Below are positions 38,235 to 52,968 of a stretch of 64,000 bases of DNA, piece by piece. The DNA lies in the NCBI RefSeq assembly GCF_008831285.2, contig NC_045138.2, positions 22,382,001 to 22,446,000 of the forward strand. Direction: 5' to 3'. Origin of the DNA: Nymphaea colorata. Its lineage: Eukaryota. Each line of letters begins with the position of its first letter. Within the stretch, counting starts at the first letter, position 1. Under the pieces are notes generated by a model that was given only the letters and a program-made list of their open reading frames with translations, was not told the DNA's origin and searched no databases. The position numbers and the translations under genes were made by a program.

Positions 38235-39730
38235 GAGGAAACTATTCATTGAATTCGACACTTTTTATATGAAATTTCTGCCATGAAGTTTGATGTACAC
38301 GGATGAAGAATTTATGAAAGATAGATACAAAGAGAAGTTGATTGAAGCAATGGGGAATGAAATGTAGTCAACTTCGTGTTTAAAAGTGGCTTTGAAGGTT
38401 CATTTGGTCAGATAAGAACTCATCATTTCTATTATATAAAGCTAAGCCAGTCATAAAAGATTTGTCATAATAAAAGTACTGGCTTTAAAGAGATCTCTCC
38501 AGTTGTGAAAATGTCTTCTTCTATTATAGTTGTTTTACGCTTATGAGATTAGGACAAATTACTATAATTCATCTTCGCCTTTGGAACGGTTTGTTTAATG
38601 ATTAAGCAACTGGGTGTCAAGACAGTCTTCTCTATGGTGTTCTTGAGGAGAGATATAAAGAACATATAAGAGATTGGAGAAGAAAGAAAAACAGGACCAT
38701 GTCTATAAGTATTAAAGAAAAACTTGTATGATTTTAAATATTCTTCTAGGCAGTAGTACAAGAAGCTCGGACATATCATAGAGAGTATGATTATAAGAAG
38801 ACTACTTCATTACATTGTGTTTTTGTTGGAACTCTTCAAACACTGCTCATTACAAGTAAGAACAATTCAACAATTGCTAGCTTGAGAAAAACTTGGGCAA
38901 ATCATTTGCCTTGAAAGACTTGAGAGTTACAAGTCAAATTTCGGGCACGAAGATTCCTCCCAAATAAAGAGAAAAGGGATGGCTATTAAAAAAGTATATT
39001 GGAAGTGTTTCAATGGTTCAATTTGGACAAGGCAAAGGTAGTTAACGACCCACCTAGTTAAGCATGAATTAAAGTCCATCTATGATAAAGAGAAAGGTGG
39101 CAAACAAGGGATGGAGCCTGGAATTTTTCATTTTTATGAGGGGATCTGAATTATAACAGGGACCAACATATAATTTTTTACAAATTTCATATAGGATAAA
39201 TATTTTTTTTTCAAAATGACGTATATTTCAATTATTTTTTGAGAGGTCCTCCTGGCTCCATCCCTGTCACAAACTGACAAAATGTTTTCTATATTTTATG
39301 TTGTCTATGGGACCCATTCAGTTGGTGTTGTTCTTGGTAAAGAGCATTTGAATATTACAACAAAATTTCAAATTTCTTAAGGCACAAATAGTGTGGCTCT
39401 TCATATTGGTTAGCATGAGCATACTTTTTATATGAAGATATTTGGTGATGTTGATTTCTTGAAGTTTGTATCAAGATATTTGGTTACCTCGGCAGGTGAA
39501 GTGATGTCTTGTCTGGCGGTTTGCATCTCACTTTAATTTAGAGTACTCTGAGATTAAGAGCTTTATTTTTGGAGCTTTAGTTGTTTCATAATACATATGT
39601 AAAGGCATGGAAGTGTTATTTTACAATGTATACGACTGTCGTTGTCTCCATTGAAAAGTGGGTTCATTCAGTTCATGTAGATTTTTTCTATCCATCTACA
39701 AACTATGTCTTGGGATGAAGTGATATTTTG
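38235..39730 (+). mobile_element. Highly decayed Tork/Tnt1-like copia, right part (RT and RNaseH remnants)
   Basis: KEKLIEAMGNEM, gctaag/gtcataaaaggattt-like ARLVVKGF remnant, aaagacttg (KDL) and degenerate PPT near 39715-39728. Continues the domain order of 29160-30915. Confidence 0.55.
39106..39266. mobile_element. hAT-type MITE inserted in the decayed copia RT
   Basis: TIRs agggatggagcc / ggctccatccct; TSD tggcaaac/tcacaaac (6/8). Confidence 0.7.
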
Positions 39731-41516
39731 TTATCTTCCAGACCCACTTTTATAAGGATATTCCAATCATATCATGTCACTTCTCTCATCACACAATTCC
39801 AATAGCAAACAGTTAGGCAGATACAATGTCTTCCGTTGCTGCAGTGTGCAATTGCCGACACCAAACCATAGAATATGCTTTTATTTACACAAATATTTCA
39901 TTAGTTTTTAACTTTTTATATATGAGTGCCCCTTAATGCTTGAAATTTAAAATAATAATGCTCTTTAGCTAAAAATTTCTTCCTCCTAGGCAGATGTAAA
40001 ACTTACCACTAAGTGCATGGCAGTGAAAATTTATGGCAAAACACAAATAGTGGAGACACATAACAAGTGGTGCAACTTTTGATGCATTTATAGTGAACCA
40101 TTTGACGTTAGAAAGTTAGTACTTATAAGTAACTGCTAAATTTTATAAAAAAAATCCACTGACGCACTCTTAATGCATAGAAACAATTAGTAAAGAGTTT
40201 TTCACAATCCACATAACGCGTTTAAGCCAATCTAGACTTTTCTTTTTGTTGTAGGTGTGTTTTAGAGGTAAAAGCCAGAGAGAGAGAGAGATTGTGACAG
40301 GTGATCTTCAAAATATTATTTTAAATATTTTTTTGAACTATGTTTCTGTAATCTATTTCATCAACTTAAAGGGTTTTTCTTAACTTTCGCAAACCTTAAG
40401 TGGTTCTTTGCAATATGTGAAAAGTTTTGCATGTTATCCAAAAGTTTCTTTATTATTTTATTTATAGGTTTGAGCTTTATATCAAACGATATTTGGAAAG
40501 TACTGTTTTAGGACATGCATAACCAATAATTGTTATTGTCCAATGAATCGGACTAAGAAAATTAAGTAGATTCATGAAACAGTTATAGTGTTTCAACAAT
40601 CTCTCTTATTTTTAAAACAATAGTATAGAATAGTAACAATAATTGTTACAAAATGTGAGTCAAGGTGTTCAAGGCAAACACTGTTTTCTGTGGTGATCTT
40701 TTTTTTTTTCCTTTTTTTTTTACATACCTTTTCATTTTTGTCTTGTGCAGAATCCCTTTACATGTTTTAACTTTTTTTTTTTGGAGTGGCAGAAGTGTTT
40801 AGTCGTTTTAATTGCATAGTTGGCAAACCCTGTCTCGGACTTAAATGGGCAAGTTGACTCATAAACTTTATCGAGTTTTAAAATAACCATATTGTAAATC
40901 ATTGAAGCTGAATCGAGCAAGTCAGGACCAAGTGGGGCCGAGTCAGGGGCGAGCCGGGCCAACCTTGAACCGTGACCAGATTTTACAGCGATCCGAACTG
41001 ACTCAGTCGATGACTAAGCCAACCCAACAAGTTTGCCAAGTACATTGAAATGCCGGAGCACTTTCATTATCTTCGAACGGTAAAAACAAAACCAGCTCAT
41101 TCCATAAAATTAATGTATTTTCCAAGCACGATACCGATGTCATCCAAAAGCAATAGGGGCGGAAAGGATAAATTGGATATTGGCGTCTTGTCCAATCACC
41201 TTTTCTTGCTATTTGACGAATAATAACGGCGTGATCCCAACGGGCCCGAAAGATGTCGGCTTTAGGTGTCTTATTAGAGCTTGCCTGAATTGTGATGGAA
41301 CCCAAATAATGCGCCCACATTTTCGGTCGGCCGGTTGAGATTCGTCGGTTGCGTAGTTGCGTTTAACAGGCGACTTTGGTTTTACATTTTTGCTACATTA
41401 AAAATATGTGTTTTAGATTATCTTAAGTTTAATGGGATTTTATTAATGTGGATCTTAAATTCATATTATATGTAAAAAACCATAGATTTAAAGTTAGATG
41501 AGAAAGGGAGTTACGA

Positions 41517-42043
41517 TTAAAGGTGGGCGTCCGGCCGGGCCGCCGTCGGGTACTCGGTACTCGGCTCGAACGGGCCCGGATTCAGGCCAAGAAAACTGGA
41601 TCTTGAGTTGGACCCGGGCCAAATGACCAAATGACGTAGCCCGAGTAAGCCCAGCCCGGCCCGCTCCCCCTCGGTCTCCCCTCCCGCGCTCCCCCTCCCC
41701 CTCCGTCTCCTGCTCCCACTGCCACTCCCCCTCCCCCTCCGTCTCCCCCGCTCCCCCTCCGTCTTCATCCCCCGCTCCCCCTCCGTCTCCCACTCTCCCT
41801 TCTGCGTCTTCGACGACGACGGTGATGGTTTCAACGGTGATGGTTTCGACAACGACGGCTACGTTGGATGACTGACAGAGGATCATCCGTCGGGTGACGG
41901 CTTCGTTGGGTGTGCGGCCATTGGGCGTCGGGTGAACCTCAAATGGGCCGGGCTGGACCAGACCCAAGCCGGGACCTGGGATATCATGCTTTGGGCTCGA
42001 CGGGCCGACCCGGGCCACCCGGCCCGGCGTGATGCCCACCCTC
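41517..42043. mobile_element. GC-rich non-autonomous hAT-like element nested in a Tourist-like MITE (~41405-42116)
   Basis: TIRs aggtgggc / gcccaccct, subterminal ggcccg/cgggcc repeats, internal ccccctccgtctcc tandem. Flanks resemble the MITE at 47605-47793. Confidence 0.65.
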
Positions 42044-43551
42044 AGTTCCAACCTTAAATCTATGAATCCAAGATCCTCTAAGGGTATCAAATCCGTGGTA
42101 AAACAAATACACCCTAAACGAAAACAACAAAAGTCTTATTCAATATATAGCTCGACTAGGCTGTACTAAGCCCATAAGGACAATGCTATGAAATATTGGA
42201 GTTAATGGAGAGCGGAGCCCATGGTTATGTGGCTTTCCTAAGCGAAAGGTCCACCAAAAAAAATGGATGGAGCACAATCGGTGATAAGGATGGAGCTCTC
42301 TCCCTCTCTCGCATTTTCTTGCACACACGCACATATGCTTTCGGTACCAGAGAGTCAATTTGTTGCAGAATTAATATTAGATCGTATACGCAACAATTAT
42401 TGAGAACATGCCGTTCTCCAACAAACTTGAAGCTTTCTTGCTTACTTGTCATTGCCAATTATAAGAAGTTTTTTCTTTTTTTTTTTTTTTTGGTGGTAGC
42501 TGACACTAATCATAAGTTCATCCGCGTTTTAAAGCAGCTATACAACCTCATGAAGAGAAGAAAAAGAGGAGGGTTTCAACCTGATCTTCTGGTATTTCTC
42601 CTTAAAATACGTAATCGCATTTCACTGGCGATAGTGGCTACCTTTTGCTACTAAGAGGCATATGAGCTACATAGGTCTGCCTCAGTTCAGTTCTGGAGGA
42701 TGCCATCAAGAGGGGAGGCAGGAACCTTGCACAAGAGGCCATGCCTTCCCCCCACCAAAAAAAAAAAAAAAAAAATCAAAATTCAAAATTTTATATATAA
42801 ATTTTAAAAATTTTATTTAACATATTTAAAGTTTTTGAAAATTATGTTTTGGTTTTTATTAAATTTTTGAAGCTATAATTCGGCTTACGGTGTTAGTTAA
42901 CTCTTCCAACAATATAGCATATAAGGGCGGAGCCAGGATTTTTTGACTGAGGGGTTATCAATCACCGGCCCAGGTCAGCATGTAATTCTTTGAATCACCA
43001 TCGTAATTCTTTGAATCACCATCGTGTATTTCAAATCATCTCAAAGAAATTTTTGATCCCCTGGCTGGTGTAAGCCACGAGCCACTGCACCAACCCCCAC
43101 GTATCTCCACCACCACTAGTTATAACCTTTCCCGGAACGTCTTGTAAGCGACCATTAATGAGAAATTCTTAAGCGGTCCATCATAGTAAGAACATCTAAA
43201 AGAGATTAAAATTTTAAATTATTGCTTTTAGTCTGTAAGTTAAATATAAAACTAATATACCAAGAAAATTTATAAAAAGCCACCTAACTTTTAGGTAAAT
43301 AGCAAATAATTGCTCAACTTTCAAAAAACAATTTACAGGTGCTCAACTTTCACTCCACTGCCGACCTCTACAGGGAACAACTCATTCAACATCACGCCAT
43401 TGGAGATTGGCCAAATGGTAGCTCAGCCTCTCCTGGACTCATTAGGAAGCCGGCTCTAACAGGAGTTCAGTCGAGGATATGCATCACAATGAAAGTCTCC
43501 AGACATGGGACCCTTAAATCTCATCATAATTGTTCTTGGTGAAAGAGACTA

Positions 43552-43970
43552 GAGAGTGTTTCATGACCTTGAATTTTGATTCTACAATTAAAATTCTAGA
43601 AACAAAATTCCATCTCAAACTAGAATTTGAATGAAAACTCCAGTTTGAGTTTTCCTTTGTGTTTCATAGTATGCAATTTGATTATAGAATTGAAAATGAC
43701 TTGTTTGATAAAATAAGAATTAAAAATTCTAAAGTCGATGAATTAAAACGTTGATGACATATGCCTTAAAGAGATAAACAACTTCTAAAGTTCTAGAACT
43801 ACATTTCCACCCTATAAGGTACATAAGAATACAATTCCAAAGTTTTGATTTAAGGACGAGTCTGTAATTCCATAATCAAAATTCTTTATTTGATAACACA
43901 ATGTCCATTTCATTGAAAATGAGAATTCTAGTTTTAAAACTCTACAATTCTGACCTCATCAAATACCCCC
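43552..43970. mobile_element. Tourist/PIF-like MITE
   Basis: TIRs gagagtgtttcatga / tcatcaaataccccc; flanks cta/tta; subterminal inverted similarity. Confidence 0.6.
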
Positions 43971-44101
43971 TTAAGGGAGTCGAGGATGTAGATGTCCATC
44001 CTGATACTATACCTTATTAGAATTGCATGGCAATAGACTGTTAGGACATTCTTTGAGTCATCATCGATATCGAGCATCACTTCCAATACTCTAGCACCAT
44101 C

Positions 44102-44619
44102 TGGAGGTGAACACAAGCCGAGTCGAGCCCGAGTTAAGTCAGCTCGAGTTCGGCTTCACTAATGAAACCTCGAGCTCGAGATTAGCTTGACGGAAGCAGG
44201 AAGAGCTCGACTCAACAGTTACGTGTTCAACTCGAGCTCGACTCAGCAGTTACGTGTTCAACTCGAGCTCGACTCGATTAAGGCTCGACAAACTCGTTTG
44301 AATAGAATTGATATTTCATCGTTATGTGTTGAGCTTGAGTTCGACTCAATTAAGGTTCAACAAACTCATTTGAATAGAATTGATATTCATCGTTACGTGT
44401 TGAGCTCGAACTCGACTCGATTAAAGCTCGACAAACTCAATTAAGGCTCGAGCTCGACTCAGCAGTTACGTGTTGAGCTCGAACTCAACTCGATTATTTG
44501 AATGAGTCAACTCATGAACTCGAGCTCAACTCATTAAGCAAATGACTCGGCTCGAACTCGTTCACGGGACAAGCTTTAACGAGTCGACCTCGAGTAGCTC
44601 GACTCATTGTTCACTCCTA
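44102..44619. mobile_element. hAT-type MITE rich in gagctcga/ctcgag repeats
   Basis: Exact 8-bp TSD gcaccatc (44094-44101, 44620-44627); TIRs tggaggtgaaca / tgttcactccta. Related decayed copies at ~25790-25970 and ~37330-37730. Confidence 0.9.
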
Positions 44620-45725
44620 GCACCATCTACTCCATCAACTACTTCCAATAAGCAGCAACTCGCAAAATATTGCTTCAACTTTACTTAGGCAAAGGTTCCA
44701 TCTAATCTTCAGCTCCCGTTTTTCAAAACTCAGAACGGCAAATTTCCATTTGCTTGACCTTATTTTCAAAACCCTTACCAAGTGCCAAATATAAAGAAAT
44801 TAAATATTGATTTAATATCAAAGAGTCTATAACGGATAGCCCACAGAACTCAAATATTTTTGGAAAGATTTCTCCCTCTATTTATTTTGCACGACTCGAT
44901 GAATGACAATAAACAATGTCTTAGTTTGTCTCTTTATTTTGAATGCACGAGTCATATATAGTACATGTACTATGGTGAATGCGAAGGACATCCTTGCATT
45001 ATTTCAAAAGAACTTAGAAGGCAAACTCTATCTTTATCACCAACCGCGGATCCGTTGGGAGTTAACAAAAGGTTTAATCGTCTTAAGTTTCGAAGAAGCA
45101 CCAACTAAATGCCCTTATTGCACCTATGAAATCAAAATCTTGGGTTTCAACTAGGACTTATGTTAAGCCAACATTTTCAACGACCAACTTTTTATCACTC
45201 TCCAAATTCTAAAGTCACTCTTATTACTTTTAAAGCTTTCGAATTACAGGTGGAATATATTTCATGTTAAAATTTAGCCAAATCAAGCACTCATGCATAT
45301 ATGTAAAACAAATTTCTTGATTCAGTTTCCTTCAATAACGACATTTGACCTTGTCTCCATCCAATAAAGAGATTTGAAAAAGCTCCAGCTTCGATTGGTG
45401 AGTCCCTTTCTTTAAAAAAAAAAAAATCATAAACCTTTCAAAATCTAAAACAAATTTGAAATGTAAGCACCTTCATCTCTTTGGTGACATTACCTTGAAC
45501 GACCTTCTCTCTTGCCTTGACAGCATTCTTCTTTCCATGTACTAAGGGGTGGAGCCAGTTTTTTTTTTTTTTTTTCTTCATTGGACACCAAATTTTCAAT
45601 TGACCATGAGAAACTGACCTACATCTTGTGGCGCTACCACATATAATTAGACTCAGGTCACCCAAGTTTGAACACTGAATGAAGACCTGCCTGTCTCTAC
45701 CCCACATGCCCTCCTCCTTATCCGC

Positions 45726-45815
<90 letters not shown>

Positions 45816-47604
45816 TTATTTTTGCAGTGAAAATGGCGTTAGAATGGCCAATCTTCACTAGCACGCGTGTATTTCGTAGCTAAATGCAACAACAACATAT
45901 CTTTCTACTTCAATTTTCTTCCTGCCAGAAGTCGCGTCAGTAATACAATGATTGATGTATTGATCGTCTTACTGACGTTTTATTGCTGGTAGAGTTTCCC
46001 TTTTTAATTTTCAATGTGAGACCGGGTAGTTTCACTTTGCATGCGCTCAAAATAGTAAAAAGCTATCATAAGTAGTACTGCATATATCATAAAATTTCTT
46101 TATTATAAAATTTTTAAAATCTTATAATTACTATTTTGAAATTTTTTGAAATAGTAAAATCACTACCTCGGGGCACCCTCAACTTTTTGTTTATATGTTC
46201 TAAAATTTTTCTTGGCTATCATGCACTGGAAGGGGCAACCTTACAAATTTCACGTTTTATGATTTGAGAATTAAGTGTTGTTACTTGTTAACTGCCCCGC
46301 TAGATCCCCTAAGACGCAAATGGGTCAACCTGTATTTGTGAGTCATGAAAAAAAAAAAAGGCAGCCCTTTGTTATTCCACCAATGGGTGGATTTTTATAA
46401 TAAAAGAAAATTAAGAAAAGTTGATGGCCCCCGTTTGATGCATGACTGCATCAGACAGAGGAGAAGTTGGTATCTTTTTTGTTTCTACAAGTAAAATGGA
46501 TCCCACACTCATGTCGCATAGCCGCGATGAGAGAAAGAGATCAGAGAGAGAAATTGTCCCACTTGTTAGATCTTTGAGACAATCATGAACAAGTTTTGCG
46601 TATAATTTTCCACACAAAAAGTGTTAAACCTTTAGCAAATTCGATTGTTGTCCACATTTTTTCAGGAAAAAAATCGTTTGGAATATAAATAAAATATATA
46701 TCTTGCTTGCTTTTGTAAGCAAAAGCTAGAAGCGTACGTTTCAAGCCTTTCAACAGGCCATGGTCAACAAAATTCTCGACCGAGATTGAAAAAAAAAAGT
46801 TGCGACTGAAAAAGATTGTATTGGGTGCTATGAACACAAAGTTTAACTAAACTTGGCAATTTTTTTGGGTGAATAGAGATTAACAACTCCTGCTGAAGTC
46901 AGAAGGCCCTTTCATTTCTCTAGTGTTTAGGGTTTTAGACTGCGGAGTCTAGGTGAAGCTTGACGAAGTATTCCTTCCTTTTTTGTGGTCTAAAGAAGTA
47001 GCACCCACGGGAATGAACACAAGGATTCGCTAGTCTACTCATACCCACCCCAAGTAGCTATTCTTCGCCCCTTGAATTCTTTAATAAATTTCTCTTAGAG
47101 CCATCCAGATAAGTCTTGTGTTTATGTTTATCTTATTTATTGCCGAAGGATCCTCATCTCCATCCTTCTAAGATGACGGCTTTAAATATCCCTTTTAAAA
47201 CCATAAATTGGGCCCAAATCTATATAGTTCACAATTTCTGCGAAGAATCATATGCAAAAATACAAAAGATCATAAAAAAGGTTACCTAAACCCTCCAAGA
47301 TTCCTAGTTGTTGCCTCTGATCATGTGTCCCAGACATATCTATGCTCATCAACTATTTAATTGTGTCTCTTGCGGCTAAGTATTGTTTATTTTATTTGTA
47401 AGTCATGTGATTTTTAAGCACAAGAGGCCTACCATGCATAGAACTTGACTATGACAGCTTACTGAATTTAAAGGTCGTTTATCAACAAATTTAAGCAGAA
47501 TTGCTTATGGTGCAGGCAAGCTTAATTGACAAGCTTTGCAACTTTTTTAATTTCTTGCTTATTTTGAATAATAGTTAAGATTTATAAATTTCTTGCAAAT
47601 TTAA

Positions 47605-47793
47605 GGTTGTGCTTGTTTCATCGTGGATCCAAGATCCGCGGTGATCCAAGAGCCCTAGGATCTTGGATCCATGGATTTAAGGTTGAAACCCCTCCCATCT
47701 AATGGACCTTGAATCCCATGGTACTCAGGATCTCCCAAAACACACATTTTTATGCAGCTTCAAATTTAAGATCTAATGTTATCAAACACAACC
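47605..47793. mobile_element. Tourist/PIF-like MITE
   Basis: TIRs ggttgtgcttg / caaacacaacc, TAA TSD on both sides (47602-47604, 47794-47796). Confidence 0.8.
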
Positions 47794-49721
47794 TAAGGGC
47801 ATCTTAGAATGTGATCAAGATGCGGTACAAGGATCACCTTGTCTAAGACACCTTTGCCATGAGACGTGGTGTCTATGGCACATTTTTGGGCTCACACCAA
47901 TTTTCTAGCTTAATTACCCCTTGATTTTGCAACAAGAATAAATGAAATTTTGCTCAAATGCTCAATCATTTGTTAGATTGTGGGTATAAAATTTTGAGAT
48001 GCTGTTTCTCAAAATCAAGTACATTTGAGGAGATGCACCCTGTCAAACACACCCTAAATGTTAATATCATTACTGATCTTAAAATTACACCAAAAGAAAT
48101 TGATTTGACTAAGCTGCAGAATGTATGGAGAAAGCGGCCTTCTAGCATCTTTTTTGAACACTTAGTTGTTAACATCCTGCTCACTCAAGGCCCACCTATG
48201 TTTATACTATAGGCCTTACTCGGAATTTTCAATATGGACACACACTAATTATTAGTTCATCAATTGATTTGGGTCCACGAATTGCCATCTGAAATGTTAT
48301 TTTCTGGATGTAGCTTTATATATTTTAAAAATTAAATTCAATATACATGTAAGTGCAAAATGTACTCAGAAAATGTTATACCGAAAAAAAAAATCTTTAA
48401 AAAAAATTAACTGGACGACTCCCACGGTCGATAATTTGATAAAAAATGGGATAGATACAAATTTCCTCACCCATAGATGGCTCCACTATTACAGTCACAT
48501 ACATATTGGGAAGTGCAGAAACATGGACACTTCATGACGGGGAAGTGCTACAAGTGCTATTGTAGGCAAATGCAAGAACAATGCAGTGTCTATTTATAGA
48601 CTCCTCTAGCCTTTGCAAATCAAAGCTCACACCATACAAACTGGGGAAGTATTTGCTATTGGAGAATGTCGAGGGGCAGTGATTCAGATCACTGCCCTTT
48701 AAAAGAATACCGGCAAGCGGCCGGATTTTTGTTAAAGTTAGAGAAGCTAGAGAAGAAGGGAAACACCATTCAGCTGCCGTTCTATCATCAAAATAGATTT
48801 GTTCTCACTCGGAAACCATCTATCTTGAGTAGATGTTGAGCATGGTGGTTCTACATCAATGTGTTTTGTGACTACTGCTACAGGAAGTCTTGGAAGGTTT
48901 GTTTCAGTGAGGCGCTGGAAGATAGGGAACAAATTAACAGTCTATCATTCACAAATGAAAAAAATGTTAACATAATGATGGAGGAACCCATCTTTTCGTC
49001 GCTTAAACCTAAAAAATCCATAAAGAACAGCTGGAATTGTCGAAAAACCGCGATAATCTCCATGGGAAGAAGGAGAAGAAAGAAAAAGAAGGAAGAAAAA
49101 GATCACAGAATGGAAACCAAGCAGATTGATAACCTCCTGTCGACATGCGCATACAGTTGCACAAGGTCTTTGGACTTATCTTTTTCTGGTCTCTTTCTTT
49201 TCGTTGCACTTTTTCAGATCTTTTTTTCTTTCATTTTAGCAACTGGAGCAGACATGACACCAACAGTCAAAATATGAAAAGTTGCATTGTCGCACAGGAC
49301 CAATATATATATCTATATATGTAATTAGTAAATACCAGACAACTTTAAGTAAGAAACAAAAACCAGACTTCTTAAACTTATGTTAAAAATTGTCTTAAAT
49401 AAAACACGAACAATATTCTAACATGTAATTCAATGTAAATCATGCTTTAATTCAAGCATTTTTGTGAACAGTGATTTTTCTATTATGAAAAATTTTGATG
49501 CTATAAGGGCTGTTCATTTCTTTATTAGTAAAAAAACATAAAACACGATTAAAACGAAAGATAACAAACTTAATACATATTCTTCATTAAATCATTTTGA
49601 AGATCATCTCCATAAACTTGGATTGCGTAAATGATAATTTAATACTTTTTTTTAATAAGCCTGGCTTTTTGTCTCCTATTTAAGTGGTCATTTTCCTCTC
49701 TCTCTCTCTCTCTCTCTCTCC

Positions 49722-49759
<38 letters not shown>

Positions 49760-51511
49760 GTGTGTATTCTTGAATAGGATTACATGTCCTTATGTTACAT
49801 GCAATACTTTAACCAGGAATATTAGAAGCCTTGGTGTCCACGACTCCACAAGCTGCAGCGGTCACAAGCAGACGGTCAAGTAACCCATCGCAAACTATCG
49901 CTTCGTTTTTCTTCCTTCCTTTCTTTTTTTCAGTTGGGTCTTCTGGAATTCAAGAGGAAAGGTGGGCCACTTCTTTTTATATGGCCAAGGAAATAAGAGG
50001 AGAGATAACAAACTAGACACATTCCATCAATGACGCCCAAAGTGATGCACAAATCCCTTATCTTCGCAGACACTGCCCATCAAAATCATCAACCACTTAA
50101 AATTCATATCAATCCTCTCCATCTTTATTACGTAATTAAGAGAATCGTTATCACGAGTTGATGCTGACTCTCCAAATATATGCATCATCTCCGGCTACTT
50201 GGCGGCGCTCCATTGGTCGGCCATGGCTAGAGTGGAAGGATGCCTCCGCCGGCCCCTCTCTACTTTACGATACGTCACGAGACACGCCCATAGAGCCAAC
50301 AAGGACCCATAAAATCAATTATTTTTCGCCTTCTTTTTAATATAAAAATCGACCACACTTAGGAAAAGCAAACAGAAAAAAAAAATGAAAGAAAAAGAAA
50401 GTGGTAGGTCGTTTACAGATTCCTCACGGCTCTCTGCGTCTCCCTTTCACAAGGAGTTGCGTGTTGCCGAAGCCACCATCCGATGTGAATGATCAGAATC
50501 GAACGGCTTTTATAAATTTCACATATTTCTTTGGCCACAGAAAAAACTCCACACGAAACGGAGCTTAAAGAACAGGATTTCTGCAGAGAAGACTAACATC
50601 GAAGTCACTTTGATCAGGCCTCATAAATTTCGATGGCCTGATTCATACGTGATTCTCTTCGACTATATATACATGTGTGTGTGTGTGTGTGTGTGGAAGC
50701 GCAGCAAGCAAAGCGTAGACAGCAGCAGAAGTAGATAAGCCCGAGACGGAGACCATGTGCGGCAGGAAATCTAAACCGGGGATTCAACTTCAACCTGGGA
50801 ATTGAAGGATACCAATGAAGCTGCTCACATAAATTTTCAGCATAAGGAAACGGTGACACAAGATAAGAGCAAGAAAAGAGAGAAGGATCTGTAGTCTTCC
50901 CAAAAGTAGGCCAGCCGCCACTAAGTGAAAGAAGAACAGCATCGTCAGAATATAGAAATAGCACAAGCAATGTGTGTGTATATCTAAGAAACTCACATTA
51001 ATATAATGATCACTACAGCAAGCGCAACGATGGGTTTATAAGTAAAGGCTATATATTATTGCTCTTAACATTCACAGTAATAAGTACAATCTGTACACTG
51101 ACCTTACTGCGGGCATGACAGTACGCATCTACACGACTACCAACTTGAATACCATAATTTAAAGAATATTCTTCCTGCCAGAACAATGCAGAAAGAAACA
51201 TAAGAAAGCTTCAAGATATTATTCACATGGATCTACATATATGTATATATCCTTTCGTCTTTTTTGGGTTTTTTTTTTCTTTGAAGGGGCTGACTTTTGC
51301 GCCTTGCCTTGTATTTACAGGACAGAAAAGAGAAAGAGTTATGTTTTCTTCTTCTTACGCCTAGTATATCTTTGATTCTGTTCACACTAATCATCGGTGT
51401 TACCCTAGAACTATGCGCTACTATGCAGGGTTGACCTTCAAGATTTTTGGATTTTAATCTTTTTACGTTCCTTCATCGGCATTTTCCCCAGATTTTGCAG
51501 AGAGCAGGACA

Positions 51512-51823
51512 TCAAAATGGAGCCCTGTGAGGGATGCCCTTCCTCCTCCCTACTCTGTAGTTGATGATTGGTGGGGTATCAGGGGAGATGGCTCCGGTGA
51601 AATTGGCAGCCTCATCGCCGGAACTCGAGTACTTATCCCCGTCCCTGAACATACCCACGGACGGAACCCATCTTTTATCGTCGACGAATCGATTGAACAT
51701 GGCCGCCCGCTTCATCTTCTTTGGCGTTGACGAGTCCTCTGACTCTGAGCCCCCTGCGCCATCTCTGTTCTGCTTCGGCTTCAGGGCGAATGTGAGCGTC
51801 GGATCCCTCCTGATTCCTGCAAG
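51512..51823 (-). CDS. PLATZ: PLATZ transcription factor, exon 4 (last)
   Basis: AG acceptor at 51824-51825; ends in the family C-terminal motif RRKGIPHRAPF*. Confidence 0.92.
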   Translation of the reverse strand, partial: LAGIRRDPTLTFALKPKQNRDGAGGSESEDSSTPKKMKRAAMFNRFVDDKRWVPSVGMFRDGDKYSSSGDEAANFTGAISPDTPPIINYRVGRRKGIPHRAPF

Positions 51824-52332
51824 CTGATGATTTCCCACACAGAGAACATCGAATGCTCAAAATACTTTCATCGAAGAAAATTACTTTATGCGATCAAATG
51901 CAACACACTTAAACGCAGAAGACAAGAAATGAATCGACTCCACTACTGGTATAGGCTCGAACAGAAGCACCAACATGATGAAGATTGCAGATAATCAACA
52001 ACGGGAACTCCAATACCAACTCAAGCTCAAAAAGAAAAAAGGAATGACGGAAACCTGAAGATTGGCCCAAAACCGTCATAAATCCCGGAAATACAGGAAA
52101 CCATTATCAAGAAATTGAAGCTTTTCTGCATTATACAGAAACGGCGGGCCTATCAAAACCCAAAAATGGGCCATCACACAGCAAGGTATACGAAGTTACG
52201 AACGGGTATCCATTAGTTCGATTGGAATAAAGAAAAGAATGGCAATTCACATTTCTCAAACATTTTTTATTGGACTGCCAAAAGGATAGGTAGAATGAAG
52301 AAAGATAAAAAGAGCATCCTCTGCAGACATAC

Positions 52333-52548
52333 CTTGCAACCGAGGGAGCAGAACCTGTAAGAATCAAGAAGAGACCTGCAACAGATCTCACATGTATTGG
52401 TGACGCCTTTCCCAGGCCTAGGCTGCGGCCTCTCGTTCAAGAAGACGATCCTAGCGCTGTTAATCACATACGTCTGCACCGCTGTTATGTCTAGCACCTT
52501 CTGAACATCAGATACCCGAATGACATTGTGGTACGAAGATCTCCTTAT
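52333..52548 (-). CDS. PLATZ: PLATZ transcription factor, exon 3
   Basis: [65 protein letters not shown] boundaries, 216 nt, phase 0. Confidence 0.95.
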
Positions 52549-52641
52549 CTGTTTAAAATTTACCAAGTATTGGTCAGATCATCCCTTGCCACGACACGAA
52601 TTTGAAAGAAGAAGAAGAAGAGGTGTCAATCAAGACAAGAC

Positions 52642-52842
52642 CTGAACGGTGTGGTGGTCTCTATGATTGGCTAAGCAGTAGGAACATAGAGCATTGCCCA
52701 TACAATCAAGGCAGTACATATTGCACTCGCTTTTACTGGAATCAGCATGGATTCTGCAAGGGCCAAAGAAGTTCGTCTTTAACATCGGGACGAGCCATGG
52801 CGGCCCAAGATCCTCACTCCCCACCCTTATCATCGGACCGAC
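52642..52842 (-). CDS. PLATZ: PLATZ transcription factor, exon 2
   Basis: VGPMIRVGSEDLGPPWLVPMLKTNFFGPCRIH..ECNMYCLDC..CSYCLANHRDHHTVQ zinc-binding region; AG/GT boundaries, 201 nt. Confidence 0.93.
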
Positions 52843-52968
52843 CTATTTCAAACACCCAAACAGAGCTTATAATTACCAACCAAATTTTAGAAAGAACAAA
52901 GCAAGTTTCAATCACACAACAATCAAATAAAGCTGCCAAGCAAATTAGAATCACTTTGCATGGCTCAC

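Noticed and set aside
38200..38235. Helitron 3' end (CTAG at 38232-38235)
   Set aside because: No clear subterminal GC hairpin and the next base is A rather than T; the sequence looks more like a hAT-type terminus
41494..42090. 198-aa minus-strand ORF
   Set aside because: Arises from GC-rich low-complexity repeats of a non-autonomous DNA element
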